NCBI GenBank assembly: GCA_025453445.1
Contig: JALOQJ010000002.1
Coordinates: 6,249-70,248, forward strand
Direction of reading: 5' to 3'
From: Candidatus Omnitrophota bacterium
GTDB taxonomy: Bacteria; Omnitrophota; Gorgyraeia; Gygaellales; Profunditerraquicolaceae
DNA length: 64,000 nucleotides
Shown here: positions 29,703 to 39,857 of the stretch, in pieces
Numbering within the stretch: the stretch's first letter is position 1
Layout of the letters: each line of letters opens with the position of its first letter
Position numbers and translations under genes: made by a program
Notes under the pieces: model-generated
What the model saw: the letters and a program-made list of their open reading frames with translations, nothing else
Database searches by the model: none
What the model was told of the DNA's origin: nothing

Positions 29703-31421
29703 TTAATCGTTGGCAGTAACGCGATAAATCTCTTCGATAGTAGTGATCCCGGCTGCAGCCTTAATAATACCGTCACTTCTTAAAGTAATTAACCTTCCTT
29801 CTTTAATCGCCATTTCCCTGATTTCCTCCAGAGGCTTCTCCTGAATTACCATACTTCTGATAATATCATCAACCAGAAATGCCTCCAGAAGCGCTATCCT
29901 GCCTTTATAGCCAGTATTGTAACAAACCGAACAGCCCCGGCCGGCATAAAATTTCATTTCTTGGCTTTGGGCGATTCCCAATTCTTTCAATATATTTGCC
30001 GGGGGTGTTTCCACAGGTTCTTTACAATTAGAGCAGATTTTACGGCAGAGCCTCTGGGCGCAAATCAGGATTAATGATGAAGCGACGAGGTAACGCTCAA
30101 CGCCCATATCAATCAGGCGGGCAAAGGCACTTACTGAATCATTGGTATGCAGGGTACTTAAGATTAACTGGCCGATCAGCGATGCCTTAATGGCGATGTC
30201 GGCAGTTTCCGCGTCACGGATTTCGCCGACCATGATAATATCCGGGCTCTGCCTTAAAATACCGCGCAAAGCAGTGGCAAAAGTAAAATCTATATCCGAC
30301 CTGATCTGTGTTTGTCCTATACCATCGAGCTGATATTCTACCGGATCTTCGACAGTCACGATGTGGCGATGAATTTTATTCAGCTCGTTCAGGACAGCAT
30401 AAAGAGTGGTAGATTTTCCGCTGCCCGTAGGCCCGGTAACCAGGATCATTCCATGATCTTTAGAAATACCCTCTTTCAATAAATTAAAGGAATGCTCGGA
30501 AAACCCTAAATCCTGCAATTTAACCGTAATGCTGGATTTATCAAGGATTCTTAAAACAAATTTTTCCCCATAGATGGTTGGCAGGGATGAAACCCGGAAG
30601 TCTAACTGCTTTCCTTTGGTATTCAGCGAAAACCTTCCGTCCTGCGGTATATAGAATCTGGTGATATCAAGGTTGGAGAGGATTTTAATACGCGCGGCAA
30701 TACCCCTCTGGGTTTTTTTTGGCAAAGAATAAATTTTATGCAGGATGCCGTCAATGCGGTAACGGATAGTTAAATCCTCGTCCCCCGGCTCAAGGTGTAT
30801 ATCGGAAGCGCGTTTGGCAATCGCTTCACCAACAATCCGGTTTACCGCTTCAATAATCGGCTCTTTCTGGCTTTCCTGAATAAGATCTGCCGATTCTTCA
30901 TCTTCAGTTTTCTTTACACGGATGATTTCCAGGGCCTCCTCCTGATCGCCTTCGTATTTTAATATCCCAGGCAGGCTCTGAGTTCCCGTATCCGAATAAA
31001 ATGTATTGATACAGTCTGAAATTATTTGCTCTTTAGCTAAAACCTGCTTGACTTCGCATCCCAGCGAAAGGCGCAAGTTATCGATAGTCAAGATATCCAA
31101 TGGCTCGGCCACGGCAATCAAAAGGGTTTTGCCTATTTTATATAAAGGGAAAAATACATGCTTACGCGCCAAGTCCTCGGGGATAGTGGCAATAATTTTA
31201 GGGTCGATTTCATACCTGGAAGGATCAACAAACGGAATATTCAGATGGTAGGAAATTACAGAAAGCAGTTCATCTTCAGACAAAATGCCTTCATTAATAA
31301 GGATTTCTTTTAACTCGCGGCCGGCCTTTCTCTGAATAAACAAAGCCTTTTCCAGCTGTTCAGCCGTGATTTTACCGGAATCAATTAAAACCTTGCTTAA
31401 GTTTAGCTTACTCCTCGGCAT
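29703..31421 (-). CDS. PilB/GspE-family assembly ATPase
   Basis: ASDIHLEP, GPTGSGKST, LRQSPDIIMVGEIRD, tetracysteine motif; degenerate N-terminal MshEN. Confidence 0.93.
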   Translation of the reverse strand: MPRSKLNLSKVLIDSGKITAEQLEKALFIQRKAGRELKEILINEGILSEDELLSVISYHLNIPFVDPSRYEIDPKIIATIPEDLARKHVFFPLYKIGKTLLIAVAEPLDILTIDNLRLSLGCEVKQVLAKEQIISDCINTFYSDTGTQSLPGILKYEGDQEEALEIIRVKKTEDEESADLIQESQKEPIIEAVNRIVGEAIAKRASDIHLEPGDEDLTIRYRIDGILHKIYSLPKKTQRGIAARIKILSNLDITRFYIPQDGRFSLNTKGKQLDFRVSSLPTIYGEKFVLRILDKSSITVKLQDLGFSEHSFNLLKEGISKDHGMILVTGPTGSGKSTTLYAVLNELNKIHRHIVTVEDPVEYQLDGIGQTQIRSDIDFTFATALRGILRQSPDIIMVGEIRDAETADIAIKASLIGQLILSTLHTNDSVSAFARLIDMGVERYLVASSLILICAQRLCRKICSNCKEPVETPPANILKELGIAQSQEMKFYAGRGCSVCYNTGYKGRIALLEAFLVDDIIRSMVIQEKPLEEIREMAIKEGRLITLRSDGIIKAAAGITTIEEIYRVTAND

Positions 31422-31424
31422 AAA

Positions 31425-33095
31425 TTAATCCGCAGGCGTAACCCGCAGCACCTCTTCTATGGTCGTGATACCAGCGCGGGCCAAAGCCTCTCCTTCTTCC
31501 CTGAGCGTCTTCATTCCCTCGGAACGGGAAATTTCCTTGATTTTTTTCTCTTCCATTTTTAGAGATGCAATAGAAGTTTTAATTTTCGGGGAGATATATA
31601 AAATTTCGGCAAGCAGCACCCTGCCTTTATAGCCTGAGTCCATGCATTCGTTGCACCCGTGCCCGCGAAAATAAGGCTGGTTGGGAATTTTTTCCTTACA
31701 ATGGATACAGATCCTGCGCACTAATCTTTGCGAAATAATACAGAGCACTGAAGCATTAATTAAAAACGGCTCCACCCCCATATCAAGGAGCCGCACTACA
31801 GAGCCTGCGGCAGTAGTAGTATGCAAAGTGCTCAAAACCAAGTGGCCGGTTAAAGCAGCTTTAATCGCAATATCCACGGTCTCAAAATCACGGATTTCTC
31901 CGACCATGATAATATCCGGATCCTGCCTTAAAATAGAACGCAGGCAGCGGCTGAAAGTAAGCCCGGTTTTTAGATTCACCGCGACCTGATTAATACCTTT
32001 AATCTGATATTCGACGGGATCTTCTACGGTAATGATATTTTGTTCCGGGGTGTGGATATATTTTAAGACCGAATAAAGCGTTGAGGTTTTTCCTGACCCT
32101 GCAGGCCCGCAAACCAAAATCATCCCGTGCGGCATATGGGAAACTTTTTTTAAACCTGCCACTGCTTCTTCTTTTAAGCCTAATTTATCAACATCCAAAA
32201 GCCCGGTAGTCTTATCAAGAATCCTGATTGCCGCTTTCTCGCCGGTAATCAGCGGGAAAATCGAAACACGGAAATCTACTTCCCGGTCCCTTAATTTTAT
32301 TTTAAACTGCCCGTCCTGAGGGAAGCGGTGTTCGGCAATATCAAGGTCAGAGATAACCTTAATACGTGAAATGATAAATGGATGAAACGAACGCGGCAGG
32401 CTCTCTATCTGGCGGTACAGCCCGTCGATGCGGAAACGGATACGCGTTGATTCTTCCAGCGGCTCGATAAGTATATCGCTTGCTTTTGATTCAATGGCTT
32501 TATCGAGAATAAAATTGGTGGCTTTAACAATCGGCATCTCCTGCGTAATCTGAGCAAGCTCAGTTAGCTCTACTTCTCCGCGGGTCTTCACCGAAATATC
32601 GGCAAATGCGCTGCCTAAAATATCCTCCATATTCTGCTCTTCGCGGCCGCCGCCACTTTCATTGACAGCATAATAGGTCCTGATTAAAGCCAGCAATTCT
32701 GCTTCCGGTGCAAGCACCGGGTTAATCTGCTGCCCGTGCAATTCTTTGATATCGTCTAAATCAAGGATGGTTACCGGATCAGCCAGCCCAAGAGTAATAC
32801 CAGCTTCGCTTTTCATTAAGGGAAAAATGTTATGCTTACGCGCAACTTCCGTAGGGATGAGTGCCGTGACATCCGAACTGATCTTCAGCTGAGAGGTATC
32901 GACATGCGGGATATTAAGATGGACGTTGATAAATTCAAGCAGGGCTTCCTTAGGGATAAAATTCTTCCCGATTAACAGGCTGCTGAGTTTGCCGCCTTCT
33001 TTTTTCTGGGTGCTGAGGATCTCCTCGGTATGCTGCAAAGTCAAAAAACCCTTTTGCACCAACAGCTGGATTATCTGCCGCTTAGAATAATACAT
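31425..33095 (-). CDS. Second PilB/GspE-family assembly ATPase
   Basis: GPAGSGKTS, LRQDPDIIMVGEIRD and TGHLVLSTLHT. Confidence 0.92.
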   Translation of the reverse strand: MYYSKRQIIQLLVQKGFLTLQHTEEILSTQKKEGGKLSSLLIGKNFIPKEALLEFINVHLNIPHVDTSQLKISSDVTALIPTEVARKHNIFPLMKSEAGITLGLADPVTILDLDDIKELHGQQINPVLAPEAELLALIRTYYAVNESGGGREEQNMEDILGSAFADISVKTRGEVELTELAQITQEMPIVKATNFILDKAIESKASDILIEPLEESTRIRFRIDGLYRQIESLPRSFHPFIISRIKVISDLDIAEHRFPQDGQFKIKLRDREVDFRVSIFPLITGEKAAIRILDKTTGLLDVDKLGLKEEAVAGLKKVSHMPHGMILVCGPAGSGKTSTLYSVLKYIHTPEQNIITVEDPVEYQIKGINQVAVNLKTGLTFSRCLRSILRQDPDIIMVGEIRDFETVDIAIKAALTGHLVLSTLHTTTAAGSVVRLLDMGVEPFLINASVLCIISQRLVRRICIHCKEKIPNQPYFRGHGCNECMDSGYKGRVLLAEILYISPKIKTSIASLKMEEKKIKEISRSEGMKTLREEGEALARAGITTIEEVLRVTPAD

Positions 33096-33114
33096 TTATA
33101 TGCCTTTGGAAAAA

Positions 33115-33143
33115 ATTATAGCTAAGACCTGAGGATAAGTCAA
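33115..33143 (-). promoter_or_regulatory. Sigma70 promoter of the ATPase-DGC-pilC operon
   Basis: TTGACT-17 bp-TATAAT. Confidence 0.75.
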
Positions 33144-33164
33144 GGAGTGTTTTGAAAAGGCGGA

Positions 33165-34880
33165 TTATTTAATATCTATGAGGCTGAGGTCTTTGCCAAT
33201 CACCCCGGAAGAAGACATCACTACGAGGCCGATAACTTTCGTCCCCGGGTCTGCATATTGAGCAGTAAAAGACGCCTGTTGGCCTGAAGGCATATCTTTG
33301 CCTGTATCTCCGGACCAAAGATATTGCATCTCAACCGACATACACCCGCTTGCTCCGGAGAAACCAGAAGCAATAATCTGCACCGGAGAGCCTGCCCCTG
33401 CTCCGGAAGGATTCACATTTAAATCCACCCTAGATGTCTCGGGGCTTAAGGGGCCCGGCTTTAAAGCAGCGTCCAAAAATGATTTTAAATTATATTCCAT
33501 CGGCTTAGCTGCGTTAATTTCTTTTATCCTCTCGTTGGCAAAAAATACAGACTCTCCAAAATTGGCTCCTGCTAAATCGATTAATTTATTAAAATATGTT
33601 TTCGCTGCTTCATAATTATTAACCCATTCTGCCAGAATTCCAAGCTGATAAAGCCCGGAAATTACCTGCGGGCTTACTGAATCTTTTTTTGCTAATTTTT
33701 CAAAATAACTTTTCGCTTCATCAAGATCAGTTAATATATAAGCTGCGATAATCCCTGCCTTAAAACAGGCTTCATCAGCATGAGGGCCTTGCGGAAAACG
33801 AGTAGCTAAATCATCATAGAATCTTTTAGCTAAACCATATTCTTTTATTTTTTCAGAATTTATCGCGCGCAGGTACAAGAGGTCTTCGCTAAAAGCATCC
33901 TTACCGCCTATTTCTTCAATTTTTTCAAATATTTTTTCCGCGTATACCGGACTAGACGGGCCTTTAACCTTTCCGCCGTAGGCGGATCCGCCTTCGGCGG
34001 AGTAAGCAAATGCTTTGGCGATTTCAATCAAAAGCGGCAGGGATTTATCCTTTGGGTATTGGATAATTTTTGCCGTATAAATATCATAAATGCTTTGTGC
34101 TAAATCCATACTGCCCTGTTGATAAAATCCCGCGGCAATTTCCTTTAGCCTATCGTCGCTGGTTTCCGAAGAAACCGTTCGGTCCAGATAAATTTTATAG
34201 AATTGTTTTGCCTTAGCTTTTTCTCCCGCAGCGGATAATTCATCGGCAAGGCTCTTCAGCGGCTCTGCATCATTAGTTTCCTTTGCATAGGAAGAAGCAA
34301 AATCCATCAGGTCAACCAACGCAGCCTCGGCCTGAGAACCCTGCTGTTCATAATGGAATTTCCATAAAAGAATACGCGCATAAATTCCCAAGGGATCAGA
34401 GGCATCAATTTGGCTGATTGATTTCTTAAGAGACCCGGTTAACTCATCACGATAAACATTGCCCTGATTAAAATATTCTTCCCAAAGCTGAGCTTCTTCC
34501 AAATGCTCCAGTTGATAATAGCGGCTCAGAGCAATGTAATAGCCTGCTGCCGCAGCAAGCTCTTTTTTTTGCTCCGCCAAAGATTTTAGAAATTCAATAT
34601 ATTCATTATATTTATTTTCCTTGAAATATAAATCGGTTAAATTTTCCAAAGCCGGATAAAGCTCTTTATTGGACTTGGCCTCCATAACCTGCTTAGTCAA
34701 GTCGGCTAACTTTGCATTATCCTGAGCATACGCTAAATGACAAATACCAAAGCACAAAATCCAAAATAAGCACAAATGGCAAATGATAAATGACAAAACG
34801 TTTTGTTTTGAAATTTGAAATTTGAAATTTTGATTTATTTTGTCATTTGAATTTTGATATTTGTCATTAATTTTTCTCAT
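33165..34880 (-). CDS. Exported TPR-repeat protein with C-terminal PKD-like domain
   Basis: Signal peptide ending AYA, TPR-like helices, QYLWSGD...YADPGTKVIGLVV. Confidence 0.7.
   Translation of the reverse strand: MRKINDKYQNSNDKINQNFKFQISKQNVLSFIICHLCLFWILCFGICHLAYAQDNAKLADLTKQVMEAKSNKELYPALENLTDLYFKENKYNEYIEFLKSLAEQKKELAAAAGYYIALSRYYQLEHLEEAQLWEEYFNQGNVYRDELTGSLKKSISQIDASDPLGIYARILLWKFHYEQQGSQAEAALVDLMDFASSYAKETNDAEPLKSLADELSAAGEKAKAKQFYKIYLDRTVSSETSDDRLKEIAAGFYQQGSMDLAQSIYDIYTAKIIQYPKDKSLPLLIEIAKAFAYSAEGGSAYGGKVKGPSSPVYAEKIFEKIEEIGGKDAFSEDLLYLRAINSEKIKEYGLAKRFYDDLATRFPQGPHADEACFKAGIIAAYILTDLDEAKSYFEKLAKKDSVSPQVISGLYQLGILAEWVNNYEAAKTYFNKLIDLAGANFGESVFFANERIKEINAAKPMEYNLKSFLDAALKPGPLSPETSRVDLNVNPSGAGAGSPVQIIASGFSGASGCMSVEMQYLWSGDTGKDMPSGQQASFTAQYADPGTKVIGLVVMSSSGVIGKDLSLIDIK
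33972..34001. repeat. 30-bp palindromic element in frame within a CDS
   Basis: tccgccgtaggcggatccgccttcggcgga, encodes SAEGGSAYGG. Confidence 0.7.
34735..34868. repeat. Heptamer-periodic imperfect inverted repeat encoding a signal peptide
   Basis: aaatgac/aaatacc/aaagcac units with a mirror arm; homologous to 39719-39851. Confidence 0.7.
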
Positions 34881-36133
34881 TTGGATTTTACCTTTCCTTT
34901 TTTATCGAATTGACTTATGCTCGGGTTTTTCCAAAACTCTCTGATTATATAATAACTTTTTTTAGGAATACGTTTATGCAGGCCGTTTTCCAAATCTTGT
35001 GAAAGAGAAACAATCCCAAACCACTCCTCATTCATATTTTTATTGCCCGGCACTTGTATATCAGAATAATAACTGCCATTGGACCAGTTTGATTCGGTAT
35101 CGTGCACAAGCCAACCTTCAGCATAAGCATCATTATGCTTCCACCATTCATCAGTCCACTCGAACATAAACCCGCCGAGGCAATTACCTTCGCCTTCCTT
35201 GCCATTGGCAAGATTATCAAAAATCTGCCGCCACTGAGACTCCAGGAAAAATGCCTGGATATTCTGGTCTTCTTTATTTAAATAAGCATCGTAGCTGTCC
35301 GCACCGAATTCCGCAATCACTATCGGCCGGTTAAAAGTTGCTTTCAAGGATTTAAACAACGGCCCGAACGTTTTGCCTCGATAAATAATGCAAGCGACTA
35401 AATCTATGTCCGGGCAAAATTGCCCGGCAGTATCCAAGCCTACTAATTCACCGTTTCCCAAAGCAACCGGATGATTCCTATCAAGCATATGGATTTCTTT
35501 GGCAATATTATTTACATAAGAATAATAAATTTTTGCGCGCATAAATTGCTGGGTGCGCGGGTTTATCTCTTTATCTATTTCGTCGGTTGACCAGGGATTT
35601 ACCCGTCCAAGGCAGGAATAATTATTTTCATTGCCTAATATCCAGAAAATGACCCCCGGTTCGTCTTTGTACAGGCGGACCATTTCCAGAATTTCTTTTT
35701 TAATCCGCTCTTCAAACTGTTTATTGCCGTAGAGCGGGCAAGGGTATTCCCAAAAGCCCAGCCAATGCCCTAAAGCAGTGCGGATACCATAAAGATTATA
35801 TAAATCACGGATGGCTTGTTTTACCTTTTCCGGATCCTGCCCTGCCTGATAGATCCTGACGGTGTTGATCCCCATTTCCTGCATTAATTTTCCGTCTACT
35901 AACCACGGCTTGGCAGAATCTGACCACCAGTCGTATTCATGGTTTGCTCCGATAGGTGCGGGGTTATAACAAACGCCCTTGATAATATAAGGTTTATTAT
36001 TAATGATTAATTGATAATGGCCGGTTTTTAATTTATTTATATAAACGCAAGGTTTCTTAGGCTTAACAAGAGAAAAAATTAGGATAAAAACTATTATTGC
36101 GGCAAGTACAGAAAAAAATATTTTCTTGAGCAT
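34877..36133 (-). CDS. Glycoside hydrolase, clan GH-A TIM barrel (GH2-like)
   Basis: GINTVRIY, acid/base motif LGNENNY, nucleophile motif IAEFG, FEWTDEWWK and EEWFG. Confidence 0.8.
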   Translation of the reverse strand: MLKKIFFSVLAAIIVFILIFSLVKPKKPCVYINKLKTGHYQLIINNKPYIIKGVCYNPAPIGANHEYDWWSDSAKPWLVDGKLMQEMGINTVRIYQAGQDPEKVKQAIRDLYNLYGIRTALGHWLGFWEYPCPLYGNKQFEERIKKEILEMVRLYKDEPGVIFWILGNENNYSCLGRVNPWSTDEIDKEINPRTQQFMRAKIYYSYVNNIAKEIHMLDRNHPVALGNGELVGLDTAGQFCPDIDLVACIIYRGKTFGPLFKSLKATFNRPIVIAEFGADSYDAYLNKEDQNIQAFFLESQWRQIFDNLANGKEGEGNCLGGFMFEWTDEWWKHNDAYAEGWLVHDTESNWSNGSYYSDIQVPGNKNMNEEWFGIVSLSQDLENGLHKRIPKKSYYIIREFWKNPSISQFDKKGKVKSK

Positions 36134-36146
36134 ATCTCTAGTTTGA

Positions 36147-36180
36147 GCAGGTAGGCGAGGTTTAAACCTCGCCTACCTGC
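36147..36180. repeat. Perfect 34-bp GTAG-type palindrome (REP-like; could also act as a terminator)
   Basis: gcaggtaggcgaggttt-aaacctcgcctacctgc; related to the palindrome inside the giant-ORF repeats. Confidence 0.8.
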
Positions 36181-36210
36181 AAGACTTCCCCCTACCTACT
36201 ACCTACTAGT

Positions 36211-37380
36211 TTATTCGTACCTTATTTCATCCAGATAGAACGTGGCACCTTCCGGATTAGCGTCTAAATTCGATGACCAGCAAAAACCACCGATAATATA
36301 GGAAGCATCTTTACCTTTTAAATCGATAGTATATTGCGTCCACTCTTTGTTTAAAATCACAGGGCCGATAGTGGCAGTATCTGAATCAGAATACTCCCCC
36401 ATAATCCCGCCGATTTTAAACTCTTCGATTCTCTCGCCGCCATTTGCGCCTTTAGCCCAAAAGGTAAGCTTAGTAGCCTTGGAAAGATCGAAGCCGCCGT
36501 CAACTGTTCCCCAGTTATTTGCCGGGTTCAGCCAATAAATACCCGCCCAGCGGGAACCTTGCGTAGCTTTATTATTATAAATAAGCTTTATGCAAGTATC
36601 GCCTAAATAGGGATCTTCTTTATTGACGCCCTCATATTTAATATCGCTGTAATCACCCATGAATCCCGATGCGATAAAATGATTCTTCGGAGAGGAACTG
36701 TCGGAATAAACATAGAAAGGCATGCTTTCCTGTTTGCGGGTTTCCGGTTTCAGCCCTGTATCAACTTCGTATTTTACATCGTCGATGTAAAAAACAGCTC
36801 CGTTTGGATTCTGATCTGCCGAAGCAACCCAGCCAAAACCGCCGCTGATAAAGGAAAGATCCTTGCCTGCAAGATTAATTGTATATTCTTTCCATGTATC
36901 AGTTAATTCAACCGGCCCCATTTCTACCAAAGTCGAATCAGGATAAGCGCCCTTGATTCCGCCAACGACAAACTTCTGAATTACCTCGCCGCCTTTAGCG
37001 CCTCTGGCCCAAAAGGTAAGCTTGGTCATACCGGTTAAATCAAATCCGCCTTTTTTAGAACCCCAGTTATTCGCCGGATTTTGCCAATACATACCTGCCC
37101 AACCTTGGCCTTGGGATTTTTTCGCACTGTAGCTAAATTGCAGGCAGGTTGTGCCGCCATGCGGATTTTCCATAAATTGATCGTTTAATTTGAGATCTCC
37201 GGAATCACCCATCCAACCTGAAGGTATAAAATGATTATCCGCAGAACGCTTATCCGTATAAACATTAAACGCCTTCTGTCCGGCAGGTTGTGCCGCTACC
37301 GCTGCTTCTTCGGCAAAAGCAAAACCTGCAAACGATATAACGCAGGCAAGCGCTAATGCCATGATACCTATTTTTTTCAT
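36211..37380 (-). CDS. Exported protein with two tandem carbohydrate-binding-module-like domains
   Basis: Signal peptide from ATG 37380; two ~170-aa repeats (HFI.SG.MGD, WAG.YW.NPANNWG, LTFWA.G..GGE, FY.D...YE). Confidence 0.75.
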   Translation of the reverse strand: MKKIGIMALALACVISFAGFAFAEEAAVAAQPAGQKAFNVYTDKRSADNHFIPSGWMGDSGDLKLNDQFMENPHGGTTCLQFSYSAKKSQGQGWAGMYWQNPANNWGSKKGGFDLTGMTKLTFWARGAKGGEVIQKFVVGGIKGAYPDSTLVEMGPVELTDTWKEYTINLAGKDLSFISGGFGWVASADQNPNGAVFYIDDVKYEVDTGLKPETRKQESMPFYVYSDSSSPKNHFIASGFMGDYSDIKYEGVNKEDPYLGDTCIKLIYNNKATQGSRWAGIYWLNPANNWGTVDGGFDLSKATKLTFWAKGANGGERIEEFKIGGIMGEYSDSDTATIGPVILNKEWTQYTIDLKGKDASYIIGGFCWSSNLDANPEGATFYLDEIRYE

Positions 37381-37488
37381 TTGTTTCCCTCCTTTTATTT
37401 TAGCTGCTTCTAACAAGTAAAAAAATTTCATATCTGTTTTTATTGTACTGCCTCCTTTCTACCTCCTCATTGAGCCCGCTATTACAAA

Positions 37489-39843
37489 TTATTTCCACAT
37501 CTTTTTATATGTATAATAACTTTGCCGTAATTGCCTTAAGAAAGGGCTCAATTTACCGTCGCCCTGTGAATTTAAACCAAACCATTCCTCATGATAGTAT
37601 CCATCAGGAAACGGCCCCATGGCCACACCCCGCGTATCATGAATAAACGGCTCATACTGTTTCCACCATTCATCAAGCCATTCAAAAACAACGCCGCCTA
37701 AAGAATTGCCTGCGCCTGTTTTAAAAGCCATGTTATCTTCGATATCTTCCCATGAGCCTCTATAATATTCTGCTTGCAAAGATTCTGATTCTTCTGTATT
37801 TTTGCCTTGGGCATAAGCAGGGCAGCCAAATTCAGTAACCACCACCGGAATATCTGCTGCTTCTTTTGCCTGCCGCCATAAAAATCCGAATCCGTAATTA
37901 CCGCGGTAGGCATTAACTCCCACAATATCTATATTGGGTGCATCTTTGCCTAATTTATCGAGGAATAAAATATCTCCGTTACCGATAGCTACAGGATGAT
38001 CCGTGTCAATTGCCTTAATTGCCAGCGCTACTTCATCGGCAAATTTGAAAAAAGCATCCGGTTCTTTGTCGGCATTGCAGGCATAGCCATAGACATTTTC
38101 ATTGCCTAAAAGCCAGAATAAAACATACGGCTCGCCTTTAAATTCCTCAACCATCCCCAGCACTGATTTTTTCATCTTCTTTTTCTGCTCGTCATCGGTA
38201 TAATCCGTGCCGGGATTCCATTGGGCGCCTGAGCCAATAGCATACTTGCCGAAAAAATCGCCCATGATTACCATTATACCATATTTTTCGTACATGTCCC
38301 TGAGGAGTTCTTTGTCCACTTTAAAGGGCTGATGATAAAGCCGAATAGTATTGACGCCCATTTCTTTCATTAATTTAAAATCACCTACTGCCGGCTCATC
38401 TTTATCCTGCAGATTATTCATATTTCTGTCCACAAAAGCCTCGTAAGGCCCGTCGATTATGCCGTTCTGATTAAAATCGTCTTCCATCCAGTTGGTTTGC
38501 GTGCCATTATCCGGAGACTGGCCTACTTTGGTAGGAGTATATGTCACTCCTTTGACTACATAAGGCTTACCATGGACAATCAACTCCCAATCACCGGTTT
38601 CATATTGAAGCAGATGTACTTTGCCTTTGCCGCGGCGTTTTTTCACACTTAATAGATTCCTGTCCGGCTTGGATTTTAATTTCTCAAGCGGTTTAATTTT
38701 AATAAATGCCCCCGGATTAACTACTGCAATATCATTGGAAACATCATTATCAAAACCATTGATAATTTTAATATCCGCATCAGCTAATTTATAGCCTATC
38801 TGCGGATTGTTTTTCAGCAAATAATTTATTTTGGCAACTGCTGCTTGGCCTAGGTACCAAGGGGTATGCCAATAAGTCCAGCCATAACTGCCGGGGAAAT
38901 GCACGACAATAGCATAGTAACATTTAATCGCATGCTTGATCAGGCCGGATTTTTCAAGCATTTGCGCAGTATAAAAAAGCCGCACACCCTGTGGCTCAGA
39001 GGAAGTTGCCCATTTTAAGAATGCTGCTTCCAAGTCAGGTGAATGCAGAAAATCCCAGTGTGTACCTTCAAGCCTTTTTTCTTTTAATGCCTTTTTGAAT
39101 TCCGGATCCCAGCGTATCGAGGTAGTGTTAGGAAAAATCCCTTCCCCAACAGCAGCGCTTAAACCCTCCTGATCATTAATTGCGTATTTATAATCTTTGG
39201 TCCCCACATTCTGAAATTCACCGTATTTTTCATAATTCACAATGTCTTCTTTGCCCGGGTCATATAAAACTATTTTTGTGGAAAGCTGGCTTACTTTTGG
39301 CAGAACCTGTTTAGGCGGCGTTTGGCTGGTGCGGCCCTCTAGCTTATCAATACTTTCTTGGGCAGTCTTGGAAATTTGCCAAAACCAGCCGCGCTGATCC
39401 CAAGCTTGCGCATAATTATATTTATCAATGATAATTTTAAAAGTTTTAACTGCTTCTTCTTTCATCTGGCGCTGCATGTAAGACTCAGCCTGAATAAAAT
39501 AAGCAGTGGCAACGTCATTTAAAACTTCCACCGCTTCAATTTCCCGCTTACCTTTAGGCAGCTCTTTTAACGAAGCTTGTTCCTTATCAGCCTCTAAGCT
39601 ATATAGATTAATGCACTCTTGGGTATATTTAAAGGTAGCCTCAATATCACCCTGACCATGTACCGCCCAGGCCTTAGTGATTAACTCACCGGAAGATGGC
39701 TTAGCATCTTCAGCGTATAAATGACAAATACCAAAGCACAAATGACAAAATAACACCAAAACACAAATACCAAATAACAAAACTTTAGTTTTGATATTTG
39801 GTATTTGAAATTTGGATTTATTTTGTGCTTTGAATTTTGTCAT
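37489..39843 (-). CDS. Exported TPR + clan GH-A glycoside hydrolase (GH2-like)
   Basis: GVNTIRLY, LGNENVY, VTEFG and FEWLDEWWK; paralogous to 34877-36133. Confidence 0.78.
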   Translation of the reverse strand: MTKFKAQNKSKFQIPNIKTKVLLFGICVLVLFCHLCFGICHLYAEDAKPSSGELITKAWAVHGQGDIEATFKYTQECINLYSLEADKEQASLKELPKGKREIEAVEVLNDVATAYFIQAESYMQRQMKEEAVKTFKIIIDKYNYAQAWDQRGWFWQISKTAQESIDKLEGRTSQTPPKQVLPKVSQLSTKIVLYDPGKEDIVNYEKYGEFQNVGTKDYKYAINDQEGLSAAVGEGIFPNTTSIRWDPEFKKALKEKRLEGTHWDFLHSPDLEAAFLKWATSSEPQGVRLFYTAQMLEKSGLIKHAIKCYYAIVVHFPGSYGWTYWHTPWYLGQAAVAKINYLLKNNPQIGYKLADADIKIINGFDNDVSNDIAVVNPGAFIKIKPLEKLKSKPDRNLLSVKKRRGKGKVHLLQYETGDWELIVHGKPYVVKGVTYTPTKVGQSPDNGTQTNWMEDDFNQNGIIDGPYEAFVDRNMNNLQDKDEPAVGDFKLMKEMGVNTIRLYHQPFKVDKELLRDMYEKYGIMVIMGDFFGKYAIGSGAQWNPGTDYTDDEQKKKMKKSVLGMVEEFKGEPYVLFWLLGNENVYGYACNADKEPDAFFKFADEVALAIKAIDTDHPVAIGNGDILFLDKLGKDAPNIDIVGVNAYRGNYGFGFLWRQAKEAADIPVVVTEFGCPAYAQGKNTEESESLQAEYYRGSWEDIEDNMAFKTGAGNSLGGVVFEWLDEWWKQYEPFIHDTRGVAMGPFPDGYYHEEWFGLNSQGDGKLSPFLRQLRQSYYTYKKMWK

Positions 39844-39851
39844 TTGTCATT
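39719..39851. repeat. Second heptamer-periodic inverted repeat encoding a signal peptide
   Basis: Shares 24 identical bp (aaatgacaaataccaaagcacaaa) with 34735. Confidence 0.7.
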
Positions 39852-39857
39852 AACCTG

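Noticed and set aside
29699-29776. N-terminal extension of the GGDEF ORF to 29776
   Set aside because: Overlaps the ATPase gene by more than 70 bp; ATG 29698 just after its stop is more plausible
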